Shown: positions 49,250 through 63,374, counted from the stretch's first letter. The stretch: 64,000 bases of DNA from Eledone cirrhosa (GCA_964016885.1 OZ024742.1:332072001-332136000), one strand, 5' to 3'. A program made the numbers and translations. The notes: generated from the letters alone by a model not told the origin.

Positions 49250-50630
49250 ATAAGGACGTACCAGCAATGCAAATGAAACTACAGACCGAAAACTAAGACC
49301 ACTATATCTGACAGATTTTGGCTGGTTCCCAACTGGTGTCATCGCGCTGAATGTTGCATATCTCCTTCACGCTACACTGGATTCAATCATCGAGATCTGA
49401 GAGATAAGTTTCATGACTCTAACAAACAATAGTTTCGACATGGTGAGGCAATTTATCAGTAAAAAGCGAGTTTGATGCCTGCCAATCAGTTGGTTCTGGA
49501 TCGAACTGTAGGCGGGAGTATAGTTTAACCCTGGAAAAGAACATTTTCCCTCGAGCTCACCTGTACTTGGTCGAGAATCGATCATACTCTCAAGACAGAG
49601 TATTCGTAAATATATGCAAAATCATCTACACTGATTGCGAGGAGGAGAGAGCCGAAGTAAAACCTCACCGCTGTTGAACGTCGGTGGAGAATGGAAGAAT
49701 ATATTATGTAGTGAGAATGTTTGCCAACCATCGGGTAGGCGAAAGGGGCTCGACTGAGTGAAACAAGGGATCAAGTTGTAGACAATTATATAAGTATCTC
49801 ATATCTAGCCGAACACTGAATATGTTAAGACCGACTCTGGTGAGCAGTAGTTAATGAACTGCCTAGAGGCATGGGGCATGAGAGACCCATTCAAAGCCAG
49901 CAGCTACACTGATTCCAAGGTACGCTGAACTTACTTCCTCACTTAGGGATGAAGTGACAGGCCTACCTATGCTCCTAGCAGGCAGATTTCTGATATCATT
50001 TCCACCATTTTCTTGTCTCAGAGCAGTTAATATGGACGAAAAATTAGGTCTCCGTTATAGGGTCCAGGACGCTGTGAATTATCCATTTATTGAGTGCAAT
50101 ATTCGAAATCAGGAAATGATTCCCGGCTTCAGCATTGTACGGGGCCACGAATTATTTGCACTGGTCAGATCGTAGGAGAGTTACGGGCATGTTGAAGTTT
50201 GCAGGTGATGTTTGGTGTTCCAACCGAAGAGCAGACAAAATATCTACGGTGATCCGACGTAAGTTGTCATCCGATGCGATCGCTCTGAGTGCAGCAGAGA
50301 CATCTAGTGTTCACAGTAGCGTAGGTGGATGACTGCAAGCACACGAACTGCATTCGGAATTTTCAAAACGATTTTTCGAAGCCACCTGAACCGAGCGATG
50401 TTTGTAGCGAGGCTTGAGCATCAAACAAGTTACCGCTGTTGGTTGTCGCTGCTGAGTTGTGGGGAAGAAGCTGCGGCTGCATCTCCACCCGGGGATGCAT
50501 TTGAACCTCGTCGGTTCAATTTAGCACAGGACAAGTGCCACACACTAAACAACTTCGACGTTTCTTACGTCTATTGCTGGTAGTGCAAGAACTGCAGGGA
50601 AGTGCGTGTGGTTAGGAGATAGGAGCGTTG
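49250..50630 (-). mobile_element. Older, highly decayed CRE-like element
   Basis: Minus strand gives SCLVCG..LSCAKLNRRGSNA, DVSAALRAIASDD and DILSALRLEH, matching CLGCG..LTC..LTRRASNA, DVSAAVRVVASED and EILSALRLKD of the 37.4-40.5 kb element. Confidence 0.65.
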
Positions 50631-51233
50631 TTAGGCATTCTAAAGATAAGTGTTACTTCCAACCGTTAGTCGTTTGTTTTTTCACTTTCTTACGCTAGCA
50701 GTTGCAATGATTGTTATTCTACATATTAATTTGGAATCTACATATTACCAAGGGACAATTGTTTCAGTCGGCGTACTGCCTTCATCCGTCAACGGCGACC
50801 ACCCTATCTCTGATTCGTGAAACCGACAACAGCTTATTTGGCTGCCTTGTGTTTTACAGATTATTTCAACGATGTCTTAAATTGAATAAATTGTGTTTTT
50901 TTCCTTACTAAATTCATCTGCGGTTAATACAAATTATTTTAAAGTATAGTCAACACTCATGATGAAATTTTAGCTTGTGTAATTTTCCAAAGATATTCTT
51001 TTATGGCCTTCGTCCGGCCTACTATCCGGACCATGGAGGCAAAGAAGTTGCCGACCTCTGATGTAGATAGTATTGATTGTGTTGCTGTCGCGGTTTTATT
51101 CTTAACTAGTTGAAAGTAAATTTAGTCAAACAAACCAAGTGAAATATATTCAATTTTAGCTCAGACATTCTCTTTATCTCCCCCTCATAAATATTTCTAT
51201 AAATAATCATATATACGGTCTTGCATACACATA

Positions 51234-51272
<39 letters not shown>

Positions 51273-51348
51273 CGAAGGAAATGTGGTAAGGAACCAGGTG
51301 GACCATAACGCACCAAAGTACTCAATACTAAGGGTAGTAGAGTGGGTA

Positions 51349-51466
51349 ATAGGAACGAGTAGGACCCCGACGGCATAGCTCAAGCCGTTTTGACGGCTAA
51401 TTCTTGGTCTAGAATTAGCCGTCGAAATGGCTTGAGCTCAGCCGTCGGGGTCCTACTCGTTCCTAT
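51349..51466. repeat. Fold-back repeat (about 52-bp arms) flanked by (TA)n; relatives at 57428-57566 and 57847-57915
   Basis: ATAGGAACGAGTAGGACCCCGACGGC...GCCGTCGGGGTCCTACTCGTTCCTAT. Confidence 0.85.
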
Positions 51467-51540
51467 ATATATATATTTATTTATTAAAATAACATATTAA
51501 AGTTTAAGCAAAGAATCACTGGTTTCACATTTATTATTAT

Positions 51541-51587
<47 letters not shown>

Positions 51588-52199
51588 CGTTCACATATGT
51601 GTATGTGTGTTAAAATATCAGTCATATATCATCAAATATGTCTATATAAATACAGAGGTTACATTCACAGTATTATAAAATAGATTATGTATTTTAAATG
51701 GTACGAATTGTTTTTCTCATATAACAATTATGCATACACTATCTTCTAGAAATCAACAATGCAAAAATTAATATCTACATAGCAGTTACGCATATACCAA
51801 TGACATGCATATATTAACGACTATATAAAAAGTGCGCATTCATTAACTTCCATATAGTAAGTATACAGACATTAATGAAGATGTAACTGTTAAGCATACT
51901 TTAACGACTTTATCATAGTTATGTATAAGTTAACGATTAATTTACTATTAAGCATATATTAACGAACAAATAAGAATCGTGCGTAATGTTTGGAATCATA
52001 AAAATAGTAATACTATTTATGTTTCGTTGATGGAGTAGGGGAGGACAGGTTGATACATGAAGAGTGTTTGCATAAGGTTGATATACATCTTGCTGCATCA
52101 CATAAGCACTTACTGCTCTATAATATCTACAAGAGAAAATGATGTGATACAGCAAGCTTATTTTGTACATGAGGAGCGATTTAAGAGCGATGATTAATC

Positions 52200-52560
52200 T
52201 CTTGGAGCCTGAAGTCACAAGAACAATCAAAGAGCTCAAGTATGGCAAGGCCACTGGGGAGGAATAAAAGCTTTAAATGGAGAAGGTATTCTCTGGCTGA
52301 CTTGTGTGTGCCGGTTGACTTGTATATTTGGAAAGGTACCTAAGCAATGGCAATCGGGGGTGGTAATCCTAATTTTCAAATAGAAAGACAAGAGAGATTG
52401 TTTAAATAATAGCGGAATCTCCTTGTTAAGCTTCCTCGATAAAGTCTATGTCAAATGCCTGACAAAGAGATGTAGGGAGTTCGTCATGTCCAAGCTAGTT
52501 GATGACCAGTGTAGTTTTCGACTCAGACGCAGCACTTGTTCTTCGCCTATTTATTCAAAA
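52200..52560 (+). mobile_element. LINE RT fragment (RTE-like)
   Basis: IKELKYGKATG, GKVPKQWQSGVVILIFK, GISLLSFLDKVY. Confidence 0.7.
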
Positions 52561-53265
52561 GAAGGCCGTGGGGGCGTATTCCTCAAACACTCCTTCCAGT
52601 GGGTCCTGTCATAAGCAACCTTCTCCAACTGGATCCACAAGTGAGTTCAGCCAAGCTCATCTTGCCCATATAAGAACCAATGATCCACAGCAAGATCATG
52701 ATTTTAGCATTGGTTTATTATAGAATATTCATTCTCCTTTTAGGTTGTTTGTTTGTTTATGCCATGGCTGATACCTGATTTAGTAGAGCAACCATTCAAA
52801 CCATGATATTTTCTTTTCTTCTTGATTTCAGGAATGTGTTTAGGGTTTAGACTAACCGCAGTTTGCTTTTCTTTTTTTTATATAATGGGGTCTGATTTGA
52901 ACAACCAGATTGAGGCTCCACATCTCACTAATGTTGTTGTTGTTGCTTTTAGTTAGTTGTATTTTGTGTTTTATCAGACTGTGTGGTGTACAGGATGTTC
53001 AAATCTCAACTTCATTGGGAGCTTCCGTTGACAGGGTTAAGTATCTGTGGCATAAGGCTTACATGTTGTTTAATTCAAAGCGTGTATATATATGTGATCC
53101 GACGAGTGTGCAGCTGAAACTTCAGTGTAATAGGACGCACCATTTAGACATTAAGATCTACTTCAGTAATGTTACAGATATATATAAATATTCGAATGAA
53201 ACAGTTTTAGTCCTGTATTTAGTCCCTTATTTATTGTGGTTACCTCCGATTGAACCCGGGCCTCA

Positions 53266-53269
<4 letters not shown>

Positions 53270-53357
<88 letters not shown>
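53270..53357. repeat. (CA)n microsatellite
   Basis: Direct reading. Confidence 0.97.
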
Positions 53358-53360
<3 letters not shown>

Positions 53361-54744
53361 TTCAAACTCACGATTTATATCCCAAACACTAACCACACGT
53401 TCAATTATAAAAGGTTGAATACAACAGTGAATTACAAATTGACTGGCATTAAATTTAGAAATATTGGAAATGATAATTAAAGGAATAAATAAAAAGGCAA
53501 ATATATAGTACTTTAAAATTAAAATTAAATATAAAGTGAACTGTAGGGTAAAATAATGCAAAACGTATTAGCATAGGATAGCCTAATATATAAGCTTTAT
53601 TAAAAACAGAATAGCGATTAACTAATAAACTATGTGAATGAATAAAATATAATGGTATGTGTCAATGCAATTATATATGGTTGCTCACTCACAAACGCTT
53701 ATATATATGTATGTATATGTATATAAATATTTATATATGTGTATGTATATATATATATAAATATGCTTGTGTGTGTGTATGAGCAAGCATGGTTGTGTGG
53801 TGAAGAAATTTGCCTCACATCTACGTGCTTCTGAGTTTAGTCCCTCGGTGCGGAGGCGTGGATGGAACCAGCCACATGCGTGTATGTACATACATAATTG
53901 ACCATAACATTTTCCCTAAGAAGGTTACCCTCCGAAGTGAAGTCCGGGCATGTTTGTTTGTGCAAGATCAGCAGTTGTCCATGCATTCCTCTCTGCACAT
54001 CACCGATGTGCAGAGAGGAGAGAGGTATGCATGGACAAATGCTGATACAAATTGCAACCAGTGACGTCGTATCTCATTTCTACAGCTGGGTAACGTCTCA
54101 ATGACACAAAGCACCACCCAGTCCGGGAGTCGAACTTATAACCTCACAATGTTAAGCCCAACGCGGTCTATCTACGAAGCCATGCACCTTTACATGCATA
54201 CATACACATACACACCAACAATAACAACATACACAAACACTATATGTGTGTGTGTGTATATATAATTCAAATGGGACTGTCGTCGGTTAATTGATAGTTA
54301 TGGCAGTTATTAATAGAACTGCCTGCGAAAGTAGTACACAAATGCATCTTCTTTTTAACAGAATTCTCAAGGACATTCGGCGTTACAGGACCTATCCTTT
54401 GATTTTTTTTTTTTTTTCCGTTTAAAGGTAAACAAAATTTATTCAGTTGTAGCTACAGAAGAAACCGAAATTATAAATCGCATTTCTCTTGGAGCTGCGA
54501 ACTTAATGATGATTTATTTAATTGTTATAAAATGGCAAAAAAACAATCCCTCCATTGGCTATATGAACAGAATGAAGCTACACTGGGACGAAATACACCC
54601 AGAGCTAAATCACTTAACAGCGAAACAATTACGCCAACAAGTGACGTTTGTTGAACGTAAAAATAAGATAAATATTATTAATTAAAAAGACGATATTATA
54701 ACAAACTTTCCAGTTGTTGTATTCCTGTTTCTTCCACAACAACT

Positions 54745-54947
54745 ACAACGGTACGCGATGGGTCCCACCCACAGCCCCGGCGGACAGAATGGAGAAGGCG
54801 TTTCCCCGGTGGACGGCAAGGGAGACGCGCTGGAAAAGCCACTCCAACTCGCGGGGCTCACACCTGCGGCTGGCCAGCTCAGCGCCTATGGTGGTGAGTA
54901 AGGACTTAGCCCTGAGGCCGAGGACACCAAAAGTCTCCACTGCCAGG
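54745..54947 (-). mobile_element. CRE-clade 3' end fragment
   Basis: ETFGVLG...ELEWLFQRVSLAVHRGNAFSIL; near-identical to 40280-40478. Confidence 0.88.
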
Positions 54948-55457
54948 GGTAGGTGCAGTTTATTAGACAGGATTTCGTTCAGTTTCCATCTATCTTATTT
55001 CACTCACAAAGCACTATTCAAAGGTGTTACAACGTGGGATTATTCACAGAATCCTTACGATTGAAAACAAATGTTTAACCAAAATATGTCAGTTGTTCAA
55101 AACTTAATTGACTGAAACCTTTTAAAAAATAATACAAATATTCAGTAAGAAAGCTAAGTTAAATGGATGTAGATATATTCAGAAAGTTAGTGTTGTAAAA
55201 TAACTAAATGTATACATGTGTAGCGTATATATTGCAATTATAACGCAGAGGATAACTGTGAGGTTTCTGCTGATACTGCTGATGAAATCAGAAATGTTAT
55301 TGAAACTAAAAATAATTCAATAAAAAAAGAGGTTGAGTATTCTGCTAAAAAGCAACACTTATTTATAGGAAAGCAATGAATGTTGATACAAAACCATATA
55401 TTATTGAAACAGGACAGCAGATGAAATAAAAAAGGAGTGAACTCAGAGGCCAAAAAA

Positions 55458-56040
55458 TTGTATCTAATTTTGGCACAAGGGCACCAATTAACCCTGTGTA
55501 TTGCTGGGAATTTATTTTATCGATCACGTAAGGATGAAAGGCAAAGCTAACCTCAGTGGGATTTAAATCAGTTTGTAAAGGGCCATAACTCTCTGCCGTG
55601 AAGCAGGGTGTCCGACGCACTACCGGTACTATCAATGCGCATGTATAATTGTTTCTCCTTTAGGCACAAGGCCTGCAATTATCCCAGTGCATTATTGCTG
55701 CTTTATTTTATCGACTCCGTAAGGATGAAAGCAAAGTTAACCTCGACGGGATTTGAACTCAGACCATAAAGTGGTGTAACTCTATGCTGTAAATCATGAA
55801 GTCCGACCCTCTACCGATACTGCCAATCCACTGCCCTTAAGGTGCATTTATAATCATTTCTACTTTTGGCACAAGGCCAGCAATTAACCCAGTGCATTAC
55901 AGGTACTATATTTTATCGACACAAGTAAGGAATAAAGGCAAAGTTAACCTCGGCGGGATTTGAACTAAGACCGTAAAGAGACGTAACTCCATGCTGGAAA
56001 GCATGGCGTCCGACCCTCTACCGATATTGCCAATTCACCG
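55458..56040 (-). mobile_element. Three SINE copies in tandem
   Basis: GGCACAAGG...TTTATCGA...GTAAGGATGAAAG...AACCTC..GGGATTT repeated near 55470, 55660 and 55865. Confidence 0.88.
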
Positions 56041-57061
56041 AGTAGACAGGGATACATTCCCATTTGTCGATCATTTATGAAGAGTCAGTTGTAAGGACTA
56101 AACGCTGTACACAGTATGTGACAGGCAGCATATTCTATGAATAAGGGAAGGATGAAAACTAAGTTGATCCCAGTGGAATATTAATGCAGAATATAAATAA
56201 CCAGTTTGCAATATCTAACGACTCTTCAAATTCCTTCCCGTTAACTATACACTACCGCTCTAAATATTTATTTAGTTTTCTGTGTATATTGCACCTAGGG
56301 TTTAAATACCCACCGTGTCATTTTTAAAGATAGGAAATCACACCCTGTGGGTTTAATGAGGAAATAATGGGTAAGGTAGTTCGGATTACACTATGGCTTA
56401 AATACGAGACGGCCAATGCTGAGCATATGAGTTTGTGTGTAATAAATTACACTACCCGAGATAAACAAAAAATCTAATAATTCCGGATTATATATTTTTT
56501 TAATGTCAAATCTCAAATATTATCTAACTTTCTCTGATAAAATTAAGTTTTATTATTCCTATGTAGCTAAAACAAATACCAGTTATGTACTTGGTTTGAT
56601 TCAATCAACTAAGATATAATTCTCACGTAGGTTTTTAATTTTTCGTAGCAGCGATTCATACTTGCAGTTTTGTTATCCAGGGACACAACTCTTCGCACTT
56701 ACTTCCCTTAGGCAAAGTAAGTTTCTTACGGAATCGTGTCTTGCAAAAACAGCTGTAATACTTATTAATATATTTTTGCTCATAATTTGTTTCGAAATTT
56801 CAAACAGATAGGGATCAAATACTAGCAAAACCCATGAATAATCTTTACATTGTTTCACATTACACTTTCGCTGTTCAAGTGGCATTTATTTACATCCAAA
56901 TGTTATGTAAAAACCTACCTCCCTCCTACATGGAAGTATGATTACAATATATATATATATATATATATATATACAAAGGTTATAGTTAATTTGTTGGAAT
57001 TCAACAAACTTAAAAGTGTTATAACTGATATAAAGCACTCACAAGGTAAGTGGAGTAAATA

Positions 57062-57394
57062 TTCATTATATTAATAAATGGAAACTATATTTATAAAACC
57101 ATAATTATTTTATTATATGTATTTCAAGGGTAACCAAGGCTAATTTTGGTGCGCCTTCATCAGATAAAATACAAAATTTGTTTTATAAATGTTGACATAC
57201 CCACAGAAGAACAACCTATCCAGCGAACCTCCAACCGTCAAGGTTGTTCTTTTGCGGGTATGCCAACATTTATAAAACAAATTTTGTATTTTATCTGATG
57301 AAAACGCACCAAATTTTGCCTTGCTTGCCCTTGAAATATATATAATAAAATAATTATGGCTTTATAAATATAGTTTCCATTTATTAATATAATG
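57062..57394. repeat. Long inverted repeat, about 155-bp arms with 23-nt spacer
   Basis: ...GGAAACTATATTTATAAA...AGAACAACCT / AGGTTGTTCT...TTTATAAATATAGTTTCC... Confidence 0.9.
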
Positions 57395-57654
57395 TATATA
57401 TATATATAAAACAAAGATGGTGTGATATATACCAGGTGGACCATAACGCACCGGAGTACTCGATACTTAGGGTAGTAGAGTGGATAATAGCCGTTTCGAC
57501 AGCTAGATCGGATCTAGCTGTCGTAAATGCTGGAGCTCAGGCGTCGGGGTCCTGACTCTTTTCCTATATATATAATGAGAAAGACTTTTTCAATCATTAT
57601 TTTATAATTTGAATCGCTAAAGAGTAACATAATAACCAGAGATGCTTTAATCCC

Positions 57655-57736
57655 ATATACATACATAGATACATACATAGATACATACATAGATACATAC
57701 ATAGATACATACATAGATACATACATAGATACATAC
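57655..57736. repeat. (CATACATAGATA)n 12-mer repeat
   Basis: Direct reading. Confidence 0.92.
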
Positions 57737-57947
57737 TTTCATTTCTGTTTTCAGTATCTTATTTAACTGTGGTTCCCATCGGAAACTATTCTTAATTGTG
57801 TGTGGGTGTGTGTGTGTGTACGTACACAAATGTATATATATATATATAGGAAAAGTGAAAGTGTCAGGACCCCGACGGCTGAGCTCCGGCCGTTTGTACA
57901 GCTAGATCCGGATCTTTCCTAAGCTTTCTTGTTCTAATAATTAATCA

Positions 57948-58132
57948 TGGTGGATTGGTAGTATCGATAGAGACTCAGCCATCATGCTTTTCAGCTTAGA
58001 GTTATGGCCTTTTACGTTTTGAGTTCAAATCCCACCGATGTTAACTTTACTTTTTCGCCTTACGTAGTCGCTTAAATAAAGTACCAGTAATGCACTCGGA
58101 TAATTCCTGGTCTTTTGCTAAAAGTACAAACA
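57948..58132 (+). mobile_element. tRNA-derived SINE
   Basis: GAGTTCAAATCCC...AAATAAAGTACCAGTAATGCAC. Confidence 0.75.
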
Positions 58133-58763
58133 ATTTTTTTTCTTTTTTTTTTCTTTTTTTTTACCTAAAATAATTATAATTGTAAACACGCATCTTCCGA
58201 AATATACGTTAAGATTAAATTTAATGATAAGGTAAAAAATATTTTATTATTTCAAATCACCAATCCAAGTTTGAAAGTAATTTAGTGTGTATTTTTTTTT
58301 TCAATTTTGCAATTCGTGTAGAATACATTTTCATTTAAAATTTAATTATTTACTTTTTAATTCAATCAATTTCAGTTTACAAATCATAATTTATCTGTGA
58401 CTATATGTTATATGCACACACGCGTGTATATATATATATGTGTTTTCCTGTGCGTATATCTCTGCATATACGTATCCAGGCATATTATGTCATACGATAG
58501 TACCCGTCAAATATAATAGGCTGTATAGTACAGTAGAATTTAATTTTTATAATTCCTTGGTTACAAAATTCAATAGTATACCTTAACATCACTAATTTCT
58601 TCTTCTTGTGTCAAGAAAGGATCGCCTTTGCAGCTCTGAGTACAGTAAATTTCATCCTCAGACGTGTATAGCGTGAGGGAAAGGAAGTGAGAGAAATATA
58701 GAGGAGGAATCGACACCATTACTATACTGGTACCTTTTTCCTCGACTTGGAATAAATGAAATG

Positions 58764-58797
<34 letters not shown>

Positions 58798-59320
58798 GTG
58801 TGTGTGTGTGAATATGAGAACAAACGTGCTGCGTGGTTGCAAATGGGTTTCATATGAATAAAGTTAGTCCTTCATCAGTGATCTTCCAACCATCATTGGT
58901 ATTTCATCGCTTTAAAGACCATATACCTCCGGTTGGTGCGAGCAACGGCTAAAGAAAGTCGTTGGGACACGTAAATAAGGGGAACGAACGAGAGTGTAAA
59001 CACACAAAGATGGTAAAGCAAGGAAAAGTGAGAAAGGAAGAGTCAAGTTCCAGATTTCCATGAATATAAGTTCGGTGAAATCGTGAACGAGAGAGAATAA
59101 AGACCATCACTGATGAAGGACTAACTTTATTTATATATATATATATATATATATAAAGTGTGTACAAAATGCTATGTGGTTCTCAAACGATATATGAATC
59201 TTCCTCTCTAGATATAGCTTTTAAATTTGAATAATTGATGCTCTGAACCAAGGTCCATTGAGATTATTTATTGAGAAACAATATTCCTACGTATTAAATT
59301 TATATTGGTACCTTAACATA

Positions 59321-59403
<83 letters not shown>

Positions 59404-59580
59404 GTAATTCTAAATAGACAATTATTTAGGAAAAAATGACAATGACCTTATATGAACTATAAACAAATAAATTTATATATACTTTAAATATTTAAATGCA
59501 ACGTTGGAAAACAGAATCAGTGGAGCTATGTAATGTGGAGTTGTTTAACGTATGCGCTTGGATGTGTTCATGGAACTGTT

Positions 59581-59650
<70 letters not shown>

Positions 59651-60031
59651 GAATGTATTGGCAGAGTCGTTAGAATGCCGGATAGGATGCTCTTTATTTA
59701 GTTATTTGATAATATAAGAGAATGTAGCAGGGATCTCATGAAAATATGTTTCGTAGTGTGCATTTTGTGTGTAGAGTTTGCGTGCGTGCATATAGTTAGA
59801 TGTTTTCCCTATGTGCGTGTGGGAGTGTGCGTGTCTGTGTATCTCCCTATATGTAAGAGTTTGTGTGTATTTCGCTATGATATGTGTATACGTGTATTGT
59901 TGTTTGTGTATATATTGCTATTATCATAGAACGTATTTCAACACATCGAAAAATCATTAAGAAATTGAAGTAGAGGGAGTAAGTAAAGAGAATGACAATA
60001 AAAGAAAAACAAGAAAGAGTTAGTATGTATG

Positions 60032-60190
60032 TAGGCGGCGAATTGGCGGAGTCGTTAGAGCGTCGGATAGAATGATTTATGGTATTTGTTCCGGCTCTCT
60101 GCTCTCAGAGTTCAAACCCCGCCGAGGTCAACTTTGCCTTTCAGCCTTTCGAAGTCGATAAATAAGTACCGGTAACGTACTTGGGTCGAT
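60032..60190 (+). mobile_element. tRNA-derived SINE
   Basis: AGGCGGCGAATTGGCGGAGTCG...GAGTTCAAACCCCGCC...GTCGATAAATAAGTACC. Confidence 0.8.
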
Positions 60191-61209
60191 TCTTCCTCTA
60201 TATCTCTTTCTCTGAAAGAAATCTGCTGTACTCAGGCTTGGAGAGGCTCCACCAGGCATAAAATGGCCAAGAAACACTGTATGTCAATACAGCGCCCTTA
60301 CGACTCTATCAGGAGTTACATACATGCATGACAATATGGTCCCGTATGTACAGTGGTGCACTGGGTCTAAACATTGTTGTTGCCAGGAGATAGAATGGTA
60401 TATAGAAGGCTATCATTTAATTTTTATAATGATTAGATAAGATTTTTTAAAAATACATAAGTTAAAACAAAACAGTGCAATCAAATTTTTGCGGGAAAAA
60501 TGTGTATTAAAAATATAAAGTACCTTGAGAAATATACACATCCAGCAACATTCAAGAATGACCTTTGGTCTTTCATACTCACTTAATATATATCTCGGAG
60601 TGTATGTAAGTGTGTACATGTATATATAGAGATTTATATATACATATATATAAAACTCTATTATAAATTTGCGTGTGTACATATAGTTAAATGTTTTCTT
60701 TGTGCGTGTGGATGTGTGCGTGGATATGTGCATGTCTATGTATCTCCCTATATGTTTGTACGAGTGTGTGTACATATGTTTTCAACTTGTACAAATATTA
60801 TCTTACTCATTCTCGCCAGGGATTCTAGACTGAAGAACTGACCACTAATTGATTTTACATATGTCTTTATCCCATTGATATAACAAATTATCTGTCACTC
60901 GAATATTGACTCATGTTGTTGCTGAAATTAATATTTCCTATATTTATTAATCTTTCTAGAGATTATCCATCGTATCATTTCCCATTTTGCAAGTTGATTT
61001 GAGGGAGATTTTTTTCTAGCAGCTAGAGGATCCGTATAGAATCTCCCTATATTAGCTCTGTAGAAAAGTTTCATTGGCTCCTAATGAACGTTTTCAATGC
61101 TAGTGTAGTGTAATAAAACTAAGTAAACATTCGATACTTTATAACGTAGATCAACAAGATAACTTAACGTAAGTATTAAAATATTCTTTCATCGTTGTGT
61201 TATTTTCTT

Positions 61210-61402
61210 TCATAGGCACACGGCCAGAAATATGTTGGAAAAGCGCAATTGATTATATTGATCCCAGTACTTAAATTGTACTTTATTTACGTACCACGAA
61301 AATCTGGAAGACAAAGATGACATCGGTAAATTTTAAACTCAGAACGTGAAGGGCCGTAAGTAGATAAATCAGTTTGTTCGGGCCTCTAACGATTCTGCCA
61401 AT
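61210..61402 (-). mobile_element. Diverged SINE
   Basis: AGGCACACGGCCAG...CCCAGTAC...AACTCAGAACG...CTAACGATTCTGCCA. Confidence 0.6.
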
Positions 61403-62254
61403 TTTCTCGAATGGTTCTGAAACTAAGACGCATTTATTTCCAAGAAAACAAATAATGAACAGATAGCAGCAGGTATTGAAATGGTGATACCTCTCAACCG
61501 GTGTAATTCCAGTCACTATATTAATTGATGACTTGAGAACATTCCCCAAGGATGCCATGTGCTTTAAAAGCTACAAGACACTACTGGTTTTATTTTAATT
61601 GATTAACCTTTTCATTACCATATTTCTATTTAAATATACTGCCTACGATTAATTTTAATATAATCAAAACTTTAGAGGAATTTCGTAATATAACTAACTT
61701 TCTTGTTATCTGTTAGACACGCAGTGACTAACAACAGAATGTTTTAAATCTGCCTGTCTTTGTTGATTGTTGATTGTTTTTGATGACATACATGCGTAGC
61801 TTGTGAATAAAAATGTTAAGGGGCATCGCTGGCCGTGGTGATGCCTCCCAAATATCTTTTGTATTGTATCGTCTTATTGGCTAATGTCATCGTCTTATTG
61901 GCTAATCAACCAACGAGAGTAATTGTTGTCAAAAGCATCCGCCACTTAATTTCCACGTTTATTTATCGTTTCGCTTTCGAATATTCCTCCAGTATTTCGT
62001 CGTTTTATAATCATAATATTTTTCTCGTTTGGGTAAGTTATATTGTTAATTTATATATGATTTTTTAAATTTATATTAACTATTAAAAGTCAGACAATAT
62101 TTTTATACATCTTACAATAATATTTCTAAGATCATTTATAAAATAACAATTATATAATCTAATTACATTACAACGATAATGTATTATTAATATATATCAT
62201 GTTTAACTAGAGTTATTACAAGCGTTGCCTTAAAAAAATATTAAACTAATCCGG

Positions 62255-62679
62255 AAAAATGCGCAAGCTCCAAAGAGCCACAGAATGTTATAATAAACCT
62301 TCAAAAGTGTGGGACTAGAGTTGTTGCTCAAAAATATTGTAATCATTATCTATCGTACACTCTGTGGCATCCTTTTATAAAAAAAGAGACTCATAACGAA
62401 CTCAAGACGACACGATAATTATTTAAATGAATTTATAATATAGAATTCGGTTTAAGTGCATTTCGTATTAATCATTACTAAACATCTAATATGAGATATT
62501 CAACATTAGCTTAAATAATTATCGCGTCGTCTTGAGTTCGTTATGAGTCTCTTTCTTATAAAAGGATGCCAGAGTGTACGATAGATAATGATTACAATAT
62601 TTTTTAGCAACAACTCTAGTCCCACACTTTTGAATGTTTATTATAACATTCTGTGGCTCTTTTGAGCTTGCGCATTTTT
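62255..62679. repeat. Long inverted repeat (about 170-bp arms, about 85-nt spacer), fold-back/MITE-like
   Basis: AAAAATGCGCAAGCTC...GATAATTATTTAA / TTAAATAATTATC...GAGCTTGCGCATTTTT. Confidence 0.9.
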
Positions 62680-63374
62680 CAGGTCTAGTTAATTTTGGTT
62701 ATTCTCACAAAATATATTATGGATTATATTTTTAAATGAACACAGGAAAACAAATAGCTTTTCATCATAGAGCCATGGGTGGTTTCAGTTGAATTGATAT
62801 CAAAGCGTTATGAATTGGTTATGCTTATCACATTAAATATGTTACCTTTTCTCTAATTTAACTATAACAATTGCATTTGGCTCTGTACATCATGTTCTTT
62901 TATAAAACTCTATTTTATTGTTGACAAGCTGTCAAAGCCATATTATGAAATTAATTGGGTGAAGACGCGTGACATAATGATTAAGATATTCGGCCTACGA
63001 TTGTAAAACAGCATAATTCTTATCTTGTTCTGAGGGATAACAGCATAATTCTTATCGTGTTCTTATCGCACGCTGCCCTAAGGCTACAGGCAGGGGATCG
63101 ATGCGTTAGATAAAAATGTTGCTAAATATTTTCCGGCTTTTTGTGTTGTTCAAATGACAACAAAATCAAATACCCTCTATTGCTATGCCAAACCCTTTTT
63201 ATCCCCAGGAAAATCCTGAAAGATTTTTGCAACGGAAGGTATTTATAATCGGATATACGTTTCAATGTCACGTGGATACAGGAGTTTTGAATATCATGTA
63301 CTGCGAACACCTAAGCTACTACACTTTATCCACGATAATCCATCAAATGGGTACCACGTTTCAGAAACACTGAA

